DNA from: Lingula anatina
Lineage: Eukaryota > Animalia > Brachiopoda
Direction of reading: 5' to 3'
NCBI GenBank assembly: GCA_051362555.1
Contig: CM120640.1
Coordinates: forward strand, 59,560,788-59,624,787
DNA length: 64,000 nucleotides
In this document: positions 13,797 to 26,651 of the stretch, piece after piece
Position numbering within the stretch: the stretch's first letter is position 1
How the letters are laid out: each line of letters opens with the position of its first letter
Position numbers and translations under genes: made by a program
Notes under the pieces: generated by a model
The model's database searches: none
The model's input: the letters and a program-made list of their open reading frames with translations, nothing else
What the model was told of the DNA's origin: nothing

Positions 13797-16700
13797 TTAA
13801 AAATACGTACATGCGTATTTCTCGAGCAGATTATGTATGATATTCCCGTCTTTTGGGCAGTGGTCTAGAGCTTCTTTCCCCGTCTTGTCTTTAGCAATTG
13901 GGTCGGCACCGTTGTCCAGAAGACATTTTGCCATCAGATAAAGCCCTCTTCGACACACCTTCATCAAGGGAGTCTCCCCATTAATGTCTTTTGAATTGAC
14001 ATCGATGCCCTCCTGTATCAACAGCCGGACACATGTCAACTTGGGATCGTCTGCTTCACAGCAGTGGTGAAGAGCGTCTCGCAGTTGGTGATCAACAGCG
14101 TTCACTTTGATGCCGCGTTTGAGCAGCGCAGATAAAAAGAACATGTGTCCGTTACGACATGCCTCCATGGCGGGGGTGACCAAGTTGTTGTCCGGTGAAT
14201 CGATGGAGGAGCCGTAGAGGGATAAAAGTGAGAGAAGTTCGGCGTCTCCCGTAAGAGCACAGTAGTGCATTACATTGCGACCGTTGGCGTCCGTCACATT
14301 TATTTTTCTAACAGCGAGATTAAGTTGGTTCAGGAGGTAATCGACTATTTGAATGCTTCCTGTTTCTGTGGCCGCCATGAGAACGGTTCGTCCATCGTTA
14401 TCTATGTCAAACGTTGCACCGTGTTCTATCAAAAACTGCACAAGACAAATGTCCCTTTTGTCAATTGCAGTGAATAAAGCAGTTCTACCATCTTTGGTCT
14501 TAGCGTTGACATCCACATGCATTTGGCTGACAATGTATTTCACTGCTTTCATATTTCCAATCCTGCATGCAGAGATGAGTATAGTATCTCCTTGGTCATC
14601 GAAGTCTACTCTGCGGTCATAGTTGTGACCAAACCGACGCAATAAGTTCACCTGTCCCTTAATGGCCATATGGTGCAACGCTGTCCGCCCGTGGACATCC
14701 TTGAAATTGACGAAACTGCCACCATTAGAACTGCATTCAATTATAACTTGAAGAATGTCTTGGTATTGGCTTTCTGTGCAAATGGCAAGAATCGTCTTGC
14801 CTTCAACATTTGGCAGCACTTTAACTCCGTTGCGCAAAAGAAGTTTGATGCAAGACGTGCAACCAGATTTCAAAGCATAGAACAAAGCATTTTCGCCTTT
14901 TGCGTCAGTGGCATTGACTTTTAAGCCGAGTTCTTGAGAGTGATTGAGAAGGTATTCCAGAACATTCACGTGTCCTTTTTCTGCAGCGACCATAAGTAAA
15001 CTTTTCCCGTTGATATCGTCTGTCACCCCAACTCCATTAAGAAGCAACGACTCCAAGATCTCAACGTATCCCGCCGACGACGCATAATAAAGGGCATTTT
15101 GGCCGTTGTCGTCTTTTTTGTTAATATCAAGCCCTATCATTATATCATTTTCCAGTAAATATTTGACAATTTCTCTATGTCCGAGAGATGAAGCAGTCAT
15201 AAGTATTGTTTGGTTCTTAAAGTTGCATTCAACTGCTATGCCCTGTTTTATAAGCAGTTGACAGGCATCGATTTTGCCTCCTTTTACAGAGTAGAAAAGG
15301 GCGTTGTTTCCTTCCTTGTCCCTCGCGGAGAGTTCTACGCAAAGAAGAGAAGCTCTGTCAACTAGGTATGTGATGAAGTTCAGAAGCCCGCGTTCGGCGC
15401 AGTGCATTAAAACCGTCGTTCCCCCCGCTGTAGGTGTGAGAAGTGCACCCTTTTTCACGAGAAGTTTAAGCATATCCAGGTTGTTCACTTGCGCGCTGTA
15501 GAATGCAGCATTCCAGCCGTCATGGTCGCGTTGGTTTAAGTCAATTTGTAGAAGGTGACGATTGTCCAAAATGAACTGTGCCATATCGGAGTCGTTTCTT
15601 GCAATAGCCTGCATAAGAATGGAACGTCCATCTAGCGCCTCTTCCACGGGGATATCATTGGCAATTAATTTTCGGCAAATATCCACGTGTCCTCCAGCGA
15701 CACCATAAAACAGACAATTCCAGCCGTCTTTGTCTTTTGCGCAAGTGTCTATTTTAAGAGTATCCGCGTGATCCAAAAGGTACTGTGTCAAGGATTGTTG
15801 TCCTTTGCCTGAAGCTTGCATCAAAAGAGACACTCCGTCATTGCTGTTTTCGATTTTGACGCCGTACTTAATGAGAAGCTGGAAGACAGACACGTCACCC
15901 GAAGTGGCACAGTAGAATAAACAGTTTCTTCCTTTTGTGTCCTTTTCATTTATGTCTATACCCAGATCTCTGGCACTTTTGAGAAGGTGCTCCATGACCT
16001 TGACATTTGGTTTTAAAGCGGAGAGCATAAGAAGATTTCTGCTTTCGGCCGCGTATTCAATTGGCACTCCTTTCTTTGTCAGAGTATCAAACAGTTCAAG
16101 TTGTTCTCCTTCACAGCAATAATAAAGGGCATTTCTTCCATTTTTGTCCTTTTCAGTGATGTTTATGTTGACAGATTGCGCGTTTTGCATGAGGAAAAGA
16201 ACTATTGCCGTGTGACCATGGTAACACCCTTCCATTAAGATTGTTACACCGGAAAAATCAGGCTGTGGCTTAACACCTTTGTTTAACAACATCTGAAGAC
16301 AATCCAAATGTCCCGCCGATACGCTGTAGAACAGACAGTTGCGACCAAGCTTATCAGTTTGCTGTTTATCAACCCCATTAGATAACAGGTATTCAACAAC
16401 ATGTTTGTTTCCCGCGTATGCAGCCAGCATTAAGCTGCTTACGCCGCGTTGGTTGGTAACATGCATGTCCGCCCCTGCCTCAACAAGATGTTGAACCACC
16501 GACAGGTGCCCTTCGAAACATGCCTCTAGTAGAGCCGTATCCCCCAGAGAGTTCTGTAGATTTATAGATGCCCCGTTGTTGACCAAAGTTTGTACCATGC
16601 GTAATTTACCGCTCATAGCAGCTATCATAAGAGCAGTAACCTTGTCGTAAGCTACCGGGCTGTTTGTGGTGTCATCTACCGCACACCCTTCGTCCAGGCC

Positions 16701-16991
16701 GTACTTGCGGGCTGCCAAGTGCTCCAGGACGTCTGGGTACCAGCCGGTAGTAGCGGCCACCACTGGGGTGGCGTTATGGATATACACATCCCGGGCGGAG
16801 GACGGGCGTCGAATATGATAAGTTTCGTTACATCTTTGAGTCATTAGCTCCTGCAAGTTTTTATCTTGAATTCCGTCCAGTGTAGCTCTTAAAGATTTCA
16901 TATCGCCGCCACGGATTGCATCAAACAGACGTACATGAGGATATTGAACCACTGTTGGCGAAATATTTTTGTCGTCTTCGAGTATCCCCAT
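13797..16991 (-). CDS. Large single-exon ankyrin-repeat region (~29-30 repeats, 1064 aa), probably spliced to the CARD exon
   Basis: Continuous ankyrin motifs (TALMIAA..G...V..L...GA..N..N..G.TAL). In-frame TAA upstream supports the ATG at 16991. Acceptor attctttccag at ~17190; donor CAT|GTACGT at 13811/13810. Confidence 0.93.
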   Translation of the reverse strand: MGILEDDKNISPTVVQYPHVRLFDAIRGGDMKSLRATLDGIQDKNLQELMTQRCNETYHIRRPSSARDVYIHNATPVVAATTGWYPDVLEHLAARKYGLDEGCAVDDTTNSPVAYDKVTALMIAAMSGKLRMVQTLVNNGASINLQNSLGDTALLEACFEGHLSVVQHLVEAGADMHVTNQRGVSSLMLAAYAGNKHVVEYLLSNGVDKQQTDKLGRNCLFYSVSAGHLDCLQMLLNKGVKPQPDFSGVTILMEGCYHGHTAIVLFLMQNAQSVNINITEKDKNGRNALYYCCEGEQLELFDTLTKKGVPIEYAAESRNLLMLSALKPNVKVMEHLLKSARDLGIDINEKDTKGRNCLFYCATSGDVSVFQLLIKYGVKIENSNDGVSLLMQASGKGQQSLTQYLLDHADTLKIDTCAKDKDGWNCLFYGVAGGHVDICRKLIANDIPVEEALDGRSILMQAIARNDSDMAQFILDNRHLLQIDLNQRDHDGWNAAFYSAQVNNLDMLKLLVKKGALLTPTAGGTTVLMHCAERGLLNFITYLVDRASLLCVELSARDKEGNNALFYSVKGGKIDACQLLIKQGIAVECNFKNQTILMTASSLGHREIVKYLLENDIMIGLDINKKDDNGQNALYYASSAGYVEILESLLLNGVGVTDDINGKSLLMVAAEKGHVNVLEYLLNHSQELGLKVNATDAKGENALFYALKSGCTSCIKLLLRNGVKVLPNVEGKTILAICTESQYQDILQVIIECSSNGGSFVNFKDVHGRTALHHMAIKGQVNLLRRFGHNYDRRVDFDDQGDTILISACRIGNMKAVKYIVSQMHVDVNAKTKDGRTALFTAIDKRDICLVQFLIEHGATFDIDNDGRTVLMAATETGSIQIVDYLLNQLNLAVRKINVTDANGRNVMHYCALTGDAELLSLLSLYGSSIDSPDNNLVTPAMEACRNGHMFFLSALLKRGIKVNAVDHQLRDALHHCCEADDPKLTCVRLLIQEGIDVNSKDINGETPLMKVCRRGLYLMAKCLLDNGADPIAKDKTGKEALDHCPKDGNIIHNLLEKYACTYF

Positions 16992-18473
16992 ATTTCTACA
17001 TGTGGTGTCATTGCCAAGCTTAAGGTAGGCGGCGTGGACCTTGCTATTTTAACTATCATGATAACGGAGAGGTGATAACGTGAGATCAGGTGATGCAGTG
17101 ACGTCAGTGTGTCAGTCACTGAGAGCCGTACGTGTATGTGTTTCTAAACCTGGTCGTTTCGATACCGCAGCTCCAAATGTCACAACACTCTGGAAAGAAT
17201 GATACAAAAATACGATTTTGACCTACATGAATTTTTCATTGGAATTTATAGAGTCCGACTCTTTTGCGCTATCATAATTGCAGATGAAAACACTGCACTG
17301 TAAAGCAGGCCATGAATAAAATGATTTTATTACCTTGCCACTTTTTACAGTATTTTTCAAAATAAGATTGATATCTCAAGTAATGACGTTAGATTTTGAA
17401 CAGGAAAGGAATGAAATCACAATATCAAAACGGTAGTCAGAATTAAGTGTTCCCAGAGCTGACCATGAATTTTTCAATTGTAAAGGAACTATGTGCTGAT
17501 TAGGCGTAATGCGTGTAACTCCGAGCACAAAACCACAGTTGCCTGTTACTTCATTGTGTTGTCCGATTTCATTTTGAAATAGTTTCATTCGTCATCCAAT
17601 TGTATCACAGTAAACCGCTTGGATTACCTGCAATTGTGACTGCTAATAATTCGAAAAGAGATATGCTTTGACTGTTATCAATTTTGCATAGAGAAATTAC
17701 ACACACACATGCAAATGTTCCATCGTTCTTTTGTCGACATCATAAGAACGGATTATCTGTGGAATGCTATGAAGCTCTGAAGACAGCACATTGTTTTCTA
17801 TCGCCACCTATCTATTTTCTCCATTGAATGAAATATTAAATGAGACTTCAAAGAAAAGGCCAGAAAATAATACACTCAGAATATCAATTGCAGTTTGAAA
17901 AGGTACTAAACCCTCTGTATTTTGTAGCAATGTCGATAATAAAACGTGGGAGGCTGTACATCGAATAACCGTACCCATATTCAAAAACACTTTGATTGAC
18001 CTTTATCCATCTTGTGGTAATTACATTCATGATGTAAGGATATAACTAATCGTATATTGCACGTTTAATGCAAAACATTTTTATTTAAAACGTTGTGTAA
18101 TGGAAGCCATTAGTTATAATCAACATTGCAATCTCCTTTCTTGGAGAAAAAAATTACACGTAGATGTGGTTTCAATAATACAAGCATAGGACGTCATATC
18201 AAATAAATGAAGATGGATGTTTTTTCCTTTGAAATTGCTTCCGTTAGTTTATAAAACTATCAAACCATGGATTAATCTGAAGGATATAATAAGGATGATT
18301 ATGATAAGATGAAGACTCCTGACACGCACTTTTCGTATTACAGTGATAAACGAAATGTCTTTTAAAATTCACCAGAAGCCTGATAGTAAGAGAAACAGAA
18401 AGATTGGTCAGCAGATACTCACAGGCCAGACAGATATCATGATCATACATGGGGGAAAATGGAATAGTCCAGC

Positions 18474-18755
18474 AGTTCACAGGTCCGAAGGTGCATTGGT
18501 CTGAAGGTTCTCTAGGTCGAAATCATATCTGTTTATCTACTTTCGTCAGGAGGCTCGATCAGGTCATTGCCACCAGAAAACAGGCGCAATCTTCACCACC
18601 GGTACTGTTGCAACAGAATGTCTCTTTCTGATCAAGTACCACTGCTCCATCGAGCTTTTAAACCTTCGGACCAATGAAACTTTGGGTCTTTTTTCTTTCA
18701 AATTTAGCCATGTTCAAATATTTTTCGGATCAATTACCCTTCGGAGCTGCAGTGG
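18474..18755. mobile_element. Degenerate MITE with GGTCCGAAGG-type subterminal repeats
   Basis: ggtccgaaggt/ggtctgaaggt repeats at the left end are mirrored by accttcggacc/cccttcgga at the right end. Confidence 0.5.
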
Positions 18756-21700
18756 AGCTTCAAAATATCCGTACACAAGTAAAAGCATGATAGAAAGAAA
18801 AAAATCCTTGCAGTTTTACCCATTACGCAAACAGCATCTATACACTGTACACAGTCTACAGCCGAAATACTAGAGTATTTTATAGGTGGCAAAAGCATTC
18901 CATAGCCGTCTTGAACATGCCATGCTTTATTGAATTTGTTTCTAGATTCTCCACGGATTCAGCCTTACGTTTTCTGTTTTCAGAGTGTTCTTTATTTCAC
19001 TTGATATGTTTACCTTCACCGTTGAGCTACATGTATTCTTAGATCGGCACGCACCACAGCGGCTTGTATAATTGCAAATCGATCCCCATGGTCGCTGATC
19101 GAGATGATCGCTTACATGGGATTGTCACATGGACTTTCGGCATTAGATAAAAATGAACAGCGTTCATGCAATATAAAGATTGGTGGTTGTTCCTCGTGTT
19201 TTCTGTAATCAAGAACATACCATAAAACGACTTATAAATTAATCAGCTTGGGCAATGGTTTTTACGTTTTCTGACACAATACATGTACACGTACGTGGTG
19301 GAAATCGCAAATGAATTTAAATTTTGCACATTACCTAATTAGAAATATCTTAGACCGAGTCCTTCTGGAATGGTAAACATTTCTTCTCAGTATAATGAGC
19401 TTTGATCTCCTTTACGAAAGACGTGCTCGAGTTTTCTGAAAAAAATCCTTAGACAATTAACAGAACGTAAAATACATAATTGACGTCCGAATATGGCATT
19501 TGACTTCATGGTTAATACTAATTGGTCCCAAGGAAACATACATTCAAATAATTGTGTCTGGCGGGTTCTTACCGAGGAAAAATTGTAGGCCTAACTGAAA
19601 TTCCAAATAGATGTCAGCGGGAAGAAATGGAATTCATGAAGAAGGTCAAACTCCCATAACAGGAAACGGGCCACGGTTACTTTTAGACAGATTTCCATTA
19701 ATCAACTTTACCTAGCGCATGAGATTCGTTATCTACCTGCTAATGATAAAATCATTGCTTTCTTTTCTGATCTGGTAATCAATACAATCGTTCTATGAAT
19801 AATATACCTCGTCAATATTGCAAGCACTCTATATACGTCGTAAAAAAAGTGCGAGTCGTAGCAGAGACATTGTATACTACAGTGATCGCCTGTACTAAAA
19901 GACGCACTCTCCATCTAATTTGACCCTACAATTAATGTAACGTAAGAAATCTTCCGGCGGTCGCACATCAGATCTCTTTGAGATGTACACTGTCCGTCTG
20001 GAATATCAAAGTAAGATCTAGAATCAGTATGTTCTCTATGGCGGTCATAATAACATTAACTTTGACTTCTCCGCTGACACAGAGAATTAAAGACAACAAA
20101 AGGGCAAAATGGTTTCTGGACTATTACACACCAAATAAGATGAAATGTATTTGAAAATTGGCAGGCTACTTTCATACCTTTTTATAATATTATTAGGGCC
20201 ACGGTCTATATATTCTCAGTCTATATATTTGTATGTATGCGTGTGCACGTCTTCGTCGTTTACGGACAGGTGTTCTGCTAATTCTGACTACCTCTCTTCA
20301 AAAAGAATGAAATTTCGCCATGAAAGCTCTCCAGTACATTACCTAGGAACACAAAAGAGTCGAAAGACAGCATTCTAACACCTAGGTGGCATTCTTCCAC
20401 ATTCGGGTCTTCTCTTCGTGTAAAATATTGTTAAGGATAGACTTTCAGTAAAAGCATCTCAAATTGTCTTTTCAGTGCTGTTGCGTGACATTCTGAAACC
20501 TGTCTCGTGAGCTTGTCGACTTAAACTTGTGTTTGGTATTCAAATAAGGATAATTGCAAACGTATCTTAGACACTGTTAGAATAACATGAAACCTTTTCC
20601 AGACTACATAATAGGCCAAAAATCATTTTTGAACAAGCATAACACTGTCATCTGCAAAACAATATCCTGTGTTAAATCTACGCTTTTTCTAACGGTTATG
20701 GTTTCTTTTTTTATGTCAATTTGAATACGTAACGACCCAAATGTACTGCCTACTGCCTACCTACAGGACCCACATGTACCTAAAGGTACATGTTAGCCTA
20801 TATCTATCCGCTCCGAAGTCCATCCATCGATTCATTTATTAATCCATTCACCCAACTATCTATCTATATATTTATGTATCTATTTTTATTCTACTGATTT
20901 CCACACCCTGCTCCTTCAAAGATATATATTTAGTTACAGCCGCAAGCAGATAAAATAAGTGGAAAGCTCCCAAGTTGTATTTGATAGTGCTTGATGCATT
21001 CACTTAAAAGTTAAGCCATGGCCTTTCAAACATGACCAATTTTCCAGAGCCAACTTAAAGATAGAGACATACATGTACAATATAATCCAAAATAAAAAAT
21101 GAATTACTTTAAGCTTGCAGCGTAAGCCATTTTCAATTCAAAAAGAGAATGCTTAAAAAAGACGAGAGCAAAATAAATTTCAGCGTAAACATAAGAAGAC
21201 TATAGCAGTCGCTTTAAAGTGGTCGGTAATGAGAGCATCACACAGAGTTCCTTTCCTTCCCACACATTGCATTGAGCGCAAAAAAAAGTCGTTCATGCCT
21301 TATGAATGGCACAAACCGGCGTGGAACATGTGATTAAGACCCTAACCTCGATAAGTGGCCAATCATTATTTTCAAAAACAGGAACTTGCATAGTTTTTTT
21401 CCTAGAAAGGGCATTTCATCTAAGTTAGCCGTAAAAAGGCTTTTATGAACCATGGTTTTAATCAAAGAAAAGGGGGATGCCCAAAAAGTCTCATTCTAAC
21501 TGAGCATTACTACTTATCACAAATGCTTATAACAGAAAACATGTAACTGGCATCTGTTAAGCCGAACAAAATTATACAAATATAATTTCTAGAATTAAAG
21601 ATTGATTAACATGAAATAATGTTAAAATTTAGGATACCTTGCTGGATACAAGGTCAATAAAAACTATGGCTATGATATATAATTGTAAACTGGCAATAAA

Positions 21701-24199
21701 TATGATAAATTAAAGGTGCTCAGTGCACATATTTCAAATATGACAATATGTAATTTAATTCAAATCCTAATAGCACTCAATTATCGCAGCTAATCTCAGA
21801 GTTCATCTCAAAAGGACTTATTGTGAAACATGGCACAAGTAATATAATGCGACTTTCAGTACTAGTATTGTTTGCGGCTATACCAATGTCCTTTAGGAAC
21901 TGCGCGGCATAGGACCTGTTTTTGCTGTTTTTGCTAATATGTTAAATAATCTTTTATACGTCAAATGATCTATGGTTGATTCAAATCTACTACATCTTAA
22001 TGTGAAACACGTTTTCAACATAGATTGCTTTATTTCTAGTGACCTTGGTGTTAGATTTAACTTCCAGTAAGCAATGGACGAGATTTGACTCTAGCTTCCT
22101 GAGAGCTAGACGCTTCAAAGAAAGAAAGAAATTTGCTGACTATAACTTACCAGAACGATATAACAGTCGGAAATGGGAGATTTGCAGGTTTTATTTTCAA
22201 TCAATTACAGCGGGTTTAGTTACATGAATTTCTACTTCAAACTTTGATGAGGTCGTTTACCAATCAATAGAGCTCACTTCAAGGGACACCAACATCTTAT
22301 GACGAACTGCAAATTTATAAGATTGAAAGATCAAACGGGTGGAACGGTAAATACGGAGGGTTTCTGCACTGAATTCATCTGATTGATGAGCTAACCAGTC
22401 TTTAAAAGGGTGGAAAAAATCATAATCCATGTATGCAAGGCTAAAATTAAGTGTTTTGCAGTTACTTGAGTAATGATCTTCCACTGGAATTTCGCCGCTT
22501 CCATCCCAATGGCAACTACATTTAAATCAGGATGGTGTTACATTGCAGGCTAAACTCCTAACAAAAATGACCTACTTCAATTCAAGATGGTTTTTGTAGT
22601 ATTTCACTAAATCAAATTAACTTTCGGTCAGAAAGATAATATATTTCTAACTTCTTGTAAAACGGTCAAATAATCTGCTATTTATTCTCTAGAGTAATGG
22701 CCTTTCGACATATTTACTAGCGTCAATTTATTTAGTGAACTGAATTGGCCACGGTTTAAAATGTAGGGAAAGGGTGGCAATTAATTCTCTTGAAAATAAG
22801 AAATTGTTATCCTTAAATCATACCCAAAGACTAGTGAAAAATCAACTTTGGCATGTATCATTCATGTTTATGAACATTGAGGAAACAGGTCCAAGTTAAA
22901 AACAAACACTAATCCTTGGACGCCAGAGACAAATTGTTCAGTGAAAACATGAAAAAAGAAAACAGTATTCGCAAGAAAAAGTGTGACTTGAAATGGCCAT
23001 ATATTTCCAAGCGTTGATTTAGATGGCGGCGCCAAGACGACACAGGCACACTTTGAGTGAAATATCAATAATGTTTCGCATTGCAACTCGATTGAATGGC
23101 TCTAATTATACACAGACCCCCATAGTGGAGAGATTAATGACGAGTACACTACTTTGCCCAGCCAAAGGACCACTTAAACTGACTTATTCTTGTCTTTTAC
23201 TTATATATTGGCTGGGATACATGTAGCTAGCCTGCTGCTACTCACTTTCCGAACACATTGCATTGCTCTGTGTCGAGACAGTGAAAGTAGACATCTTACC
23301 AGTTTTAGAAATAATAGGTGACTAAACATACACTATAACGTCAAATGGAATATACTATACATGTAACAGTATATATTTTGTGTGTGTTGCAAAATAGTGT
23401 GTATTAGGAGGAGTAAATCATGTGCATTCTGAGGATGGCACGGAATTCGGTTATACATTCTAGCCTTGTAATTTGCGATTTAATCTGAAATAATGACACT
23501 CGCATATGGCATCCAAACCCAATATAGAGGTTCAATTGAGGTCACAGGCATGTCGTTAAAATATTTAGTGCACAGATTGCAAACTATGTTTGATTATTTT
23601 AGGGTCCCACATGAAGAGGTTTGCATCAGAGTTTCACCCTCCTGGAACCATGAATAATAAAAAATAATTCATTGTCTATCCTCAAAAAGGAACATACGTT
23701 ACTGTCACAAATGCAAGACGTCCAGCAAAGAAACGTTTTACTCACTTTAAAAAATCTAATCATCACAGGTTTTTTTTCTTTAATTTATCTCCTATTAGTA
23801 TAACGTTGTAAAAAATTATAACAATCCTCTGTATAGAACAGTTTATTGTTTTTGAGCGACTTTAATTTGCTTGTCACTGAATATTAAAAAAAAGGGAAAA
23901 CGCACCCTACCAACAGCTAAATAAGCATTAGATAAATTATTTTCCCTCCTGATCCAAATATTATATCAGGAATGTCAAAATATCAGAGAATCACAATATA
24001 TTTTGCGGTCAGCAACAGAAAACACTGTTTTCTATTGCACCAAATACTTGAAAAAATGAAACTTTTTGACAATTTTTCTGGGGAACCTGCGTTACCTTGT
24101 TTTAGCCATGACGCAAAGCCCCTTGAGTTACAGTTTTAATATTTATAAAAACAACTTTACGTCATGTATAATTTACCATGACTGAATCACTAAAAAATA

Positions 24200-24530
24200 T
24201 ACCGGAACGCGGTACAAAAATTAAAATTAAATGACCTTGAACATACGTCACCATACGTTTCCGGAACATATGTTACCATTTAAGGCTCCAACAAAAATAC
24301 CAATGGAAGAAAGATATTGCCCACATTGCAAATTAGTTGCTGAGGATGAGAAACGCTATCTGGTTTACTGTGGCAAACTCGAAAATGAACGTAAGAGAAT
24401 ATTTGATTCTTTACCTGGATTGTCTATCAGACACTAATGAAATTTAAATGTCAAATGTCCTCAACCCACAATATGTTGCAAGCGTGCTGGCTGCTGCAAA
24501 GTTCATTTCTACAACTATGCCAAAGTAGAA
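24200..24530 (+). mobile_element. 3' remnant of a non-LTR retrotransposon (LINE ORF2 C-terminus)
   Basis: IPMEERYCPHCKLVAEDEKRYLVYCGKLENER resembles the CxxC...EDExHFLxxC zinc-knuckle tail of LINE ORF2, here degenerate. Confidence 0.65.
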
Positions 24531-25489
24531 AATGAGCCTAATAGAAGTCATTGTCGTAAAGCAGCCTTACAGGTGTATTAAAATACCACATGTGTACTTT
24601 ATTGTCGTAAGTAAGGTAACAACTATATAAGGCATGCTGATTGGTATTAATTTGTCATTATTATACTTACTGTATTCATGTATGTATACGTATGTACTAC
24701 CCGTCGTAGATTACTGAGCCTGCAAATGTCAAGCCATGAACATTAACTTTAAAAAAACAGTATTATTGTTATTATATAAAGAATCAAAATAAGTAACAGC
24801 TAGGCAATATAAGCAAAAGTTAACTTCTTGCAATATTCACAATATAGTAAAGGGAACGCCAACAGTATTTCCTTAATGGTTCAAATAGAAAGAACGGTAT
24901 CCGTATATGGAATTTAAGCGACAGAAATACCAAAACGCTTTCAGTAATCTGTAATTGCTTACACATTTTTCGTGTTATTGAAACCCATTAAAAACGAGAC
25001 ATGTCTATCTTGACAGTGGCAGGAAGTACATACAAAGATTTGATGTGGTCAGAAATTAACCAGCAATATACGACCGACGTATTGGCTGGGATAAAGTAAG
25101 ACATCAGGCTGGTTAGGTTGTGGACTTATTTCCAACTGAGAGGAAACAGCGTCTTATATTACTGACATGCAATAAACCCGTGCTTTTTATGAGTTTAAAA
25201 GAAAAAGATTTAAAGAACTGGCAATTAATTATGGTACAAGAGTGGTTCTCAGAAACAGAAACACGGGGCTCTACACGTCTGAGAAAGAGATCACCAACTC
25301 GATGTATACGTGGGGTCTTCTGTGTCTGTACATAGCGTTCCAAAACAGAAACCCCGAACCCCTTTTTACATGGGGGAAAGGTTAAATATGTTTGTTCAAT
25401 AATCTGGTGGGATAAAAAAAAACACCCTTAGTGTTACCGAGACGCTTACAAGTGTACTGGGGCGTAATGACAGAGACTACTGTACATAC

Positions 25490-25770
25490 CTGATGTGACG
25501 AAGATCAAATGCGACGACGCAAAAATGCACCTCAGAATCTTCTATCACCACTCATCTCCTGAAGCCACAATGCCTCGGAAAGAAGCTTGTCAATGGCAAT
25601 AAGGCAGTGGACATTTAGACGTATTCAGCGCACGTTACAGATGCAAGAAACACATCCTGTACCTGCTGACTGAGCATTCAAGCAAAGGTTGCCGAATCCC
25701 CCAGAGCCCATGTACCAGGCACATACCGCTGTCCAACGTTAGTAGTTTGATGAATTGGAACCGACAGGAT
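25490..25770 (-). other. Putative non-coding 5' UTR exon of the ANK-CARD gene
   Basis: Acceptor ttattttcag (25771) and donor CAG|gtatgt (25489) bracket a GC-richer block with stops in all three frames. Linkage to the ANK exon is inferred. Confidence 0.45.
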
Positions 25771-26651
25771 CTGAAAATAAAATGCGCTTACAATTAATGT
25801 ATAAAGCTCAAGAACGTGTAACTTACAACGTGTCTTAAGAAGAGAATAGGTTGTTCCCTGAGAACAGTAAGTTGAGCCAGCTCCACTACTCTTATCTCCT
25901 TCACTGGTAATAAACGTACATACTTGATGGCCGTGTTATATCTTTACTTCATGCATATGTCAGTCAACTATACTGTCGTTTACCATATTGTTGGCTTCAT
26001 CAGCGAGAGCTCAGAGATATCCTATCCATCTAATCTTACTCATTTCACCGATCCTTTCACACTCTTTCCAGCAGACAGCGGTGATCCACCAGGTAATAAC
26101 GTTTCTCTTGAGAGCGTTATATATCGTTCTTGTATGCTTGTGTGCTCTGTAACGCGAAGACCCTTTGAAGCTGTTCGCTTTTGAAGTGAAAAAGCTAATA
26201 ATCGACTCGCGATTTTATACGTCGTGTCGGCTTACTAGAACAACTTTTAGTAGCGACAGAGACCTTGCGCTAACGACCATATTACAATTACTAGATGACT
26301 GCCGGGTATAACGCGTTCCAGTATTTACAAATTAGGAATATTGTACGTCTGTTTTAAATTACTGCAATCAGCCTTTTAACAGAGAGTGTATATCCTGATT
26401 ATAAAGTGCTACTTATATTTTTTTTTCATTTTCGACCATCTACCATATAATCAAAATTTTGAACTCTGACCCCTACTTTTCACAATTTCTTTTTCAATAT
26501 ACTTTTGAAATTCTAAATAAATATCATCTGCAGTCTAAGTTAGTACTTTGAGATGAAGCAAGACCATCGCGAATATCAGATGAAGCCTCTCAAGTAAGGT
26601 GATGATATGATGGAAATAAGTCAATATGATAGTCCCTTCCTCATCGCTTAC

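Noticed and set aside
14265-16122. Five + strand ORFs of 61-89 aa inside the ankyrin gene
   Set aside because: Antisense shadows of the long - strand ORF with no recognisable motifs.
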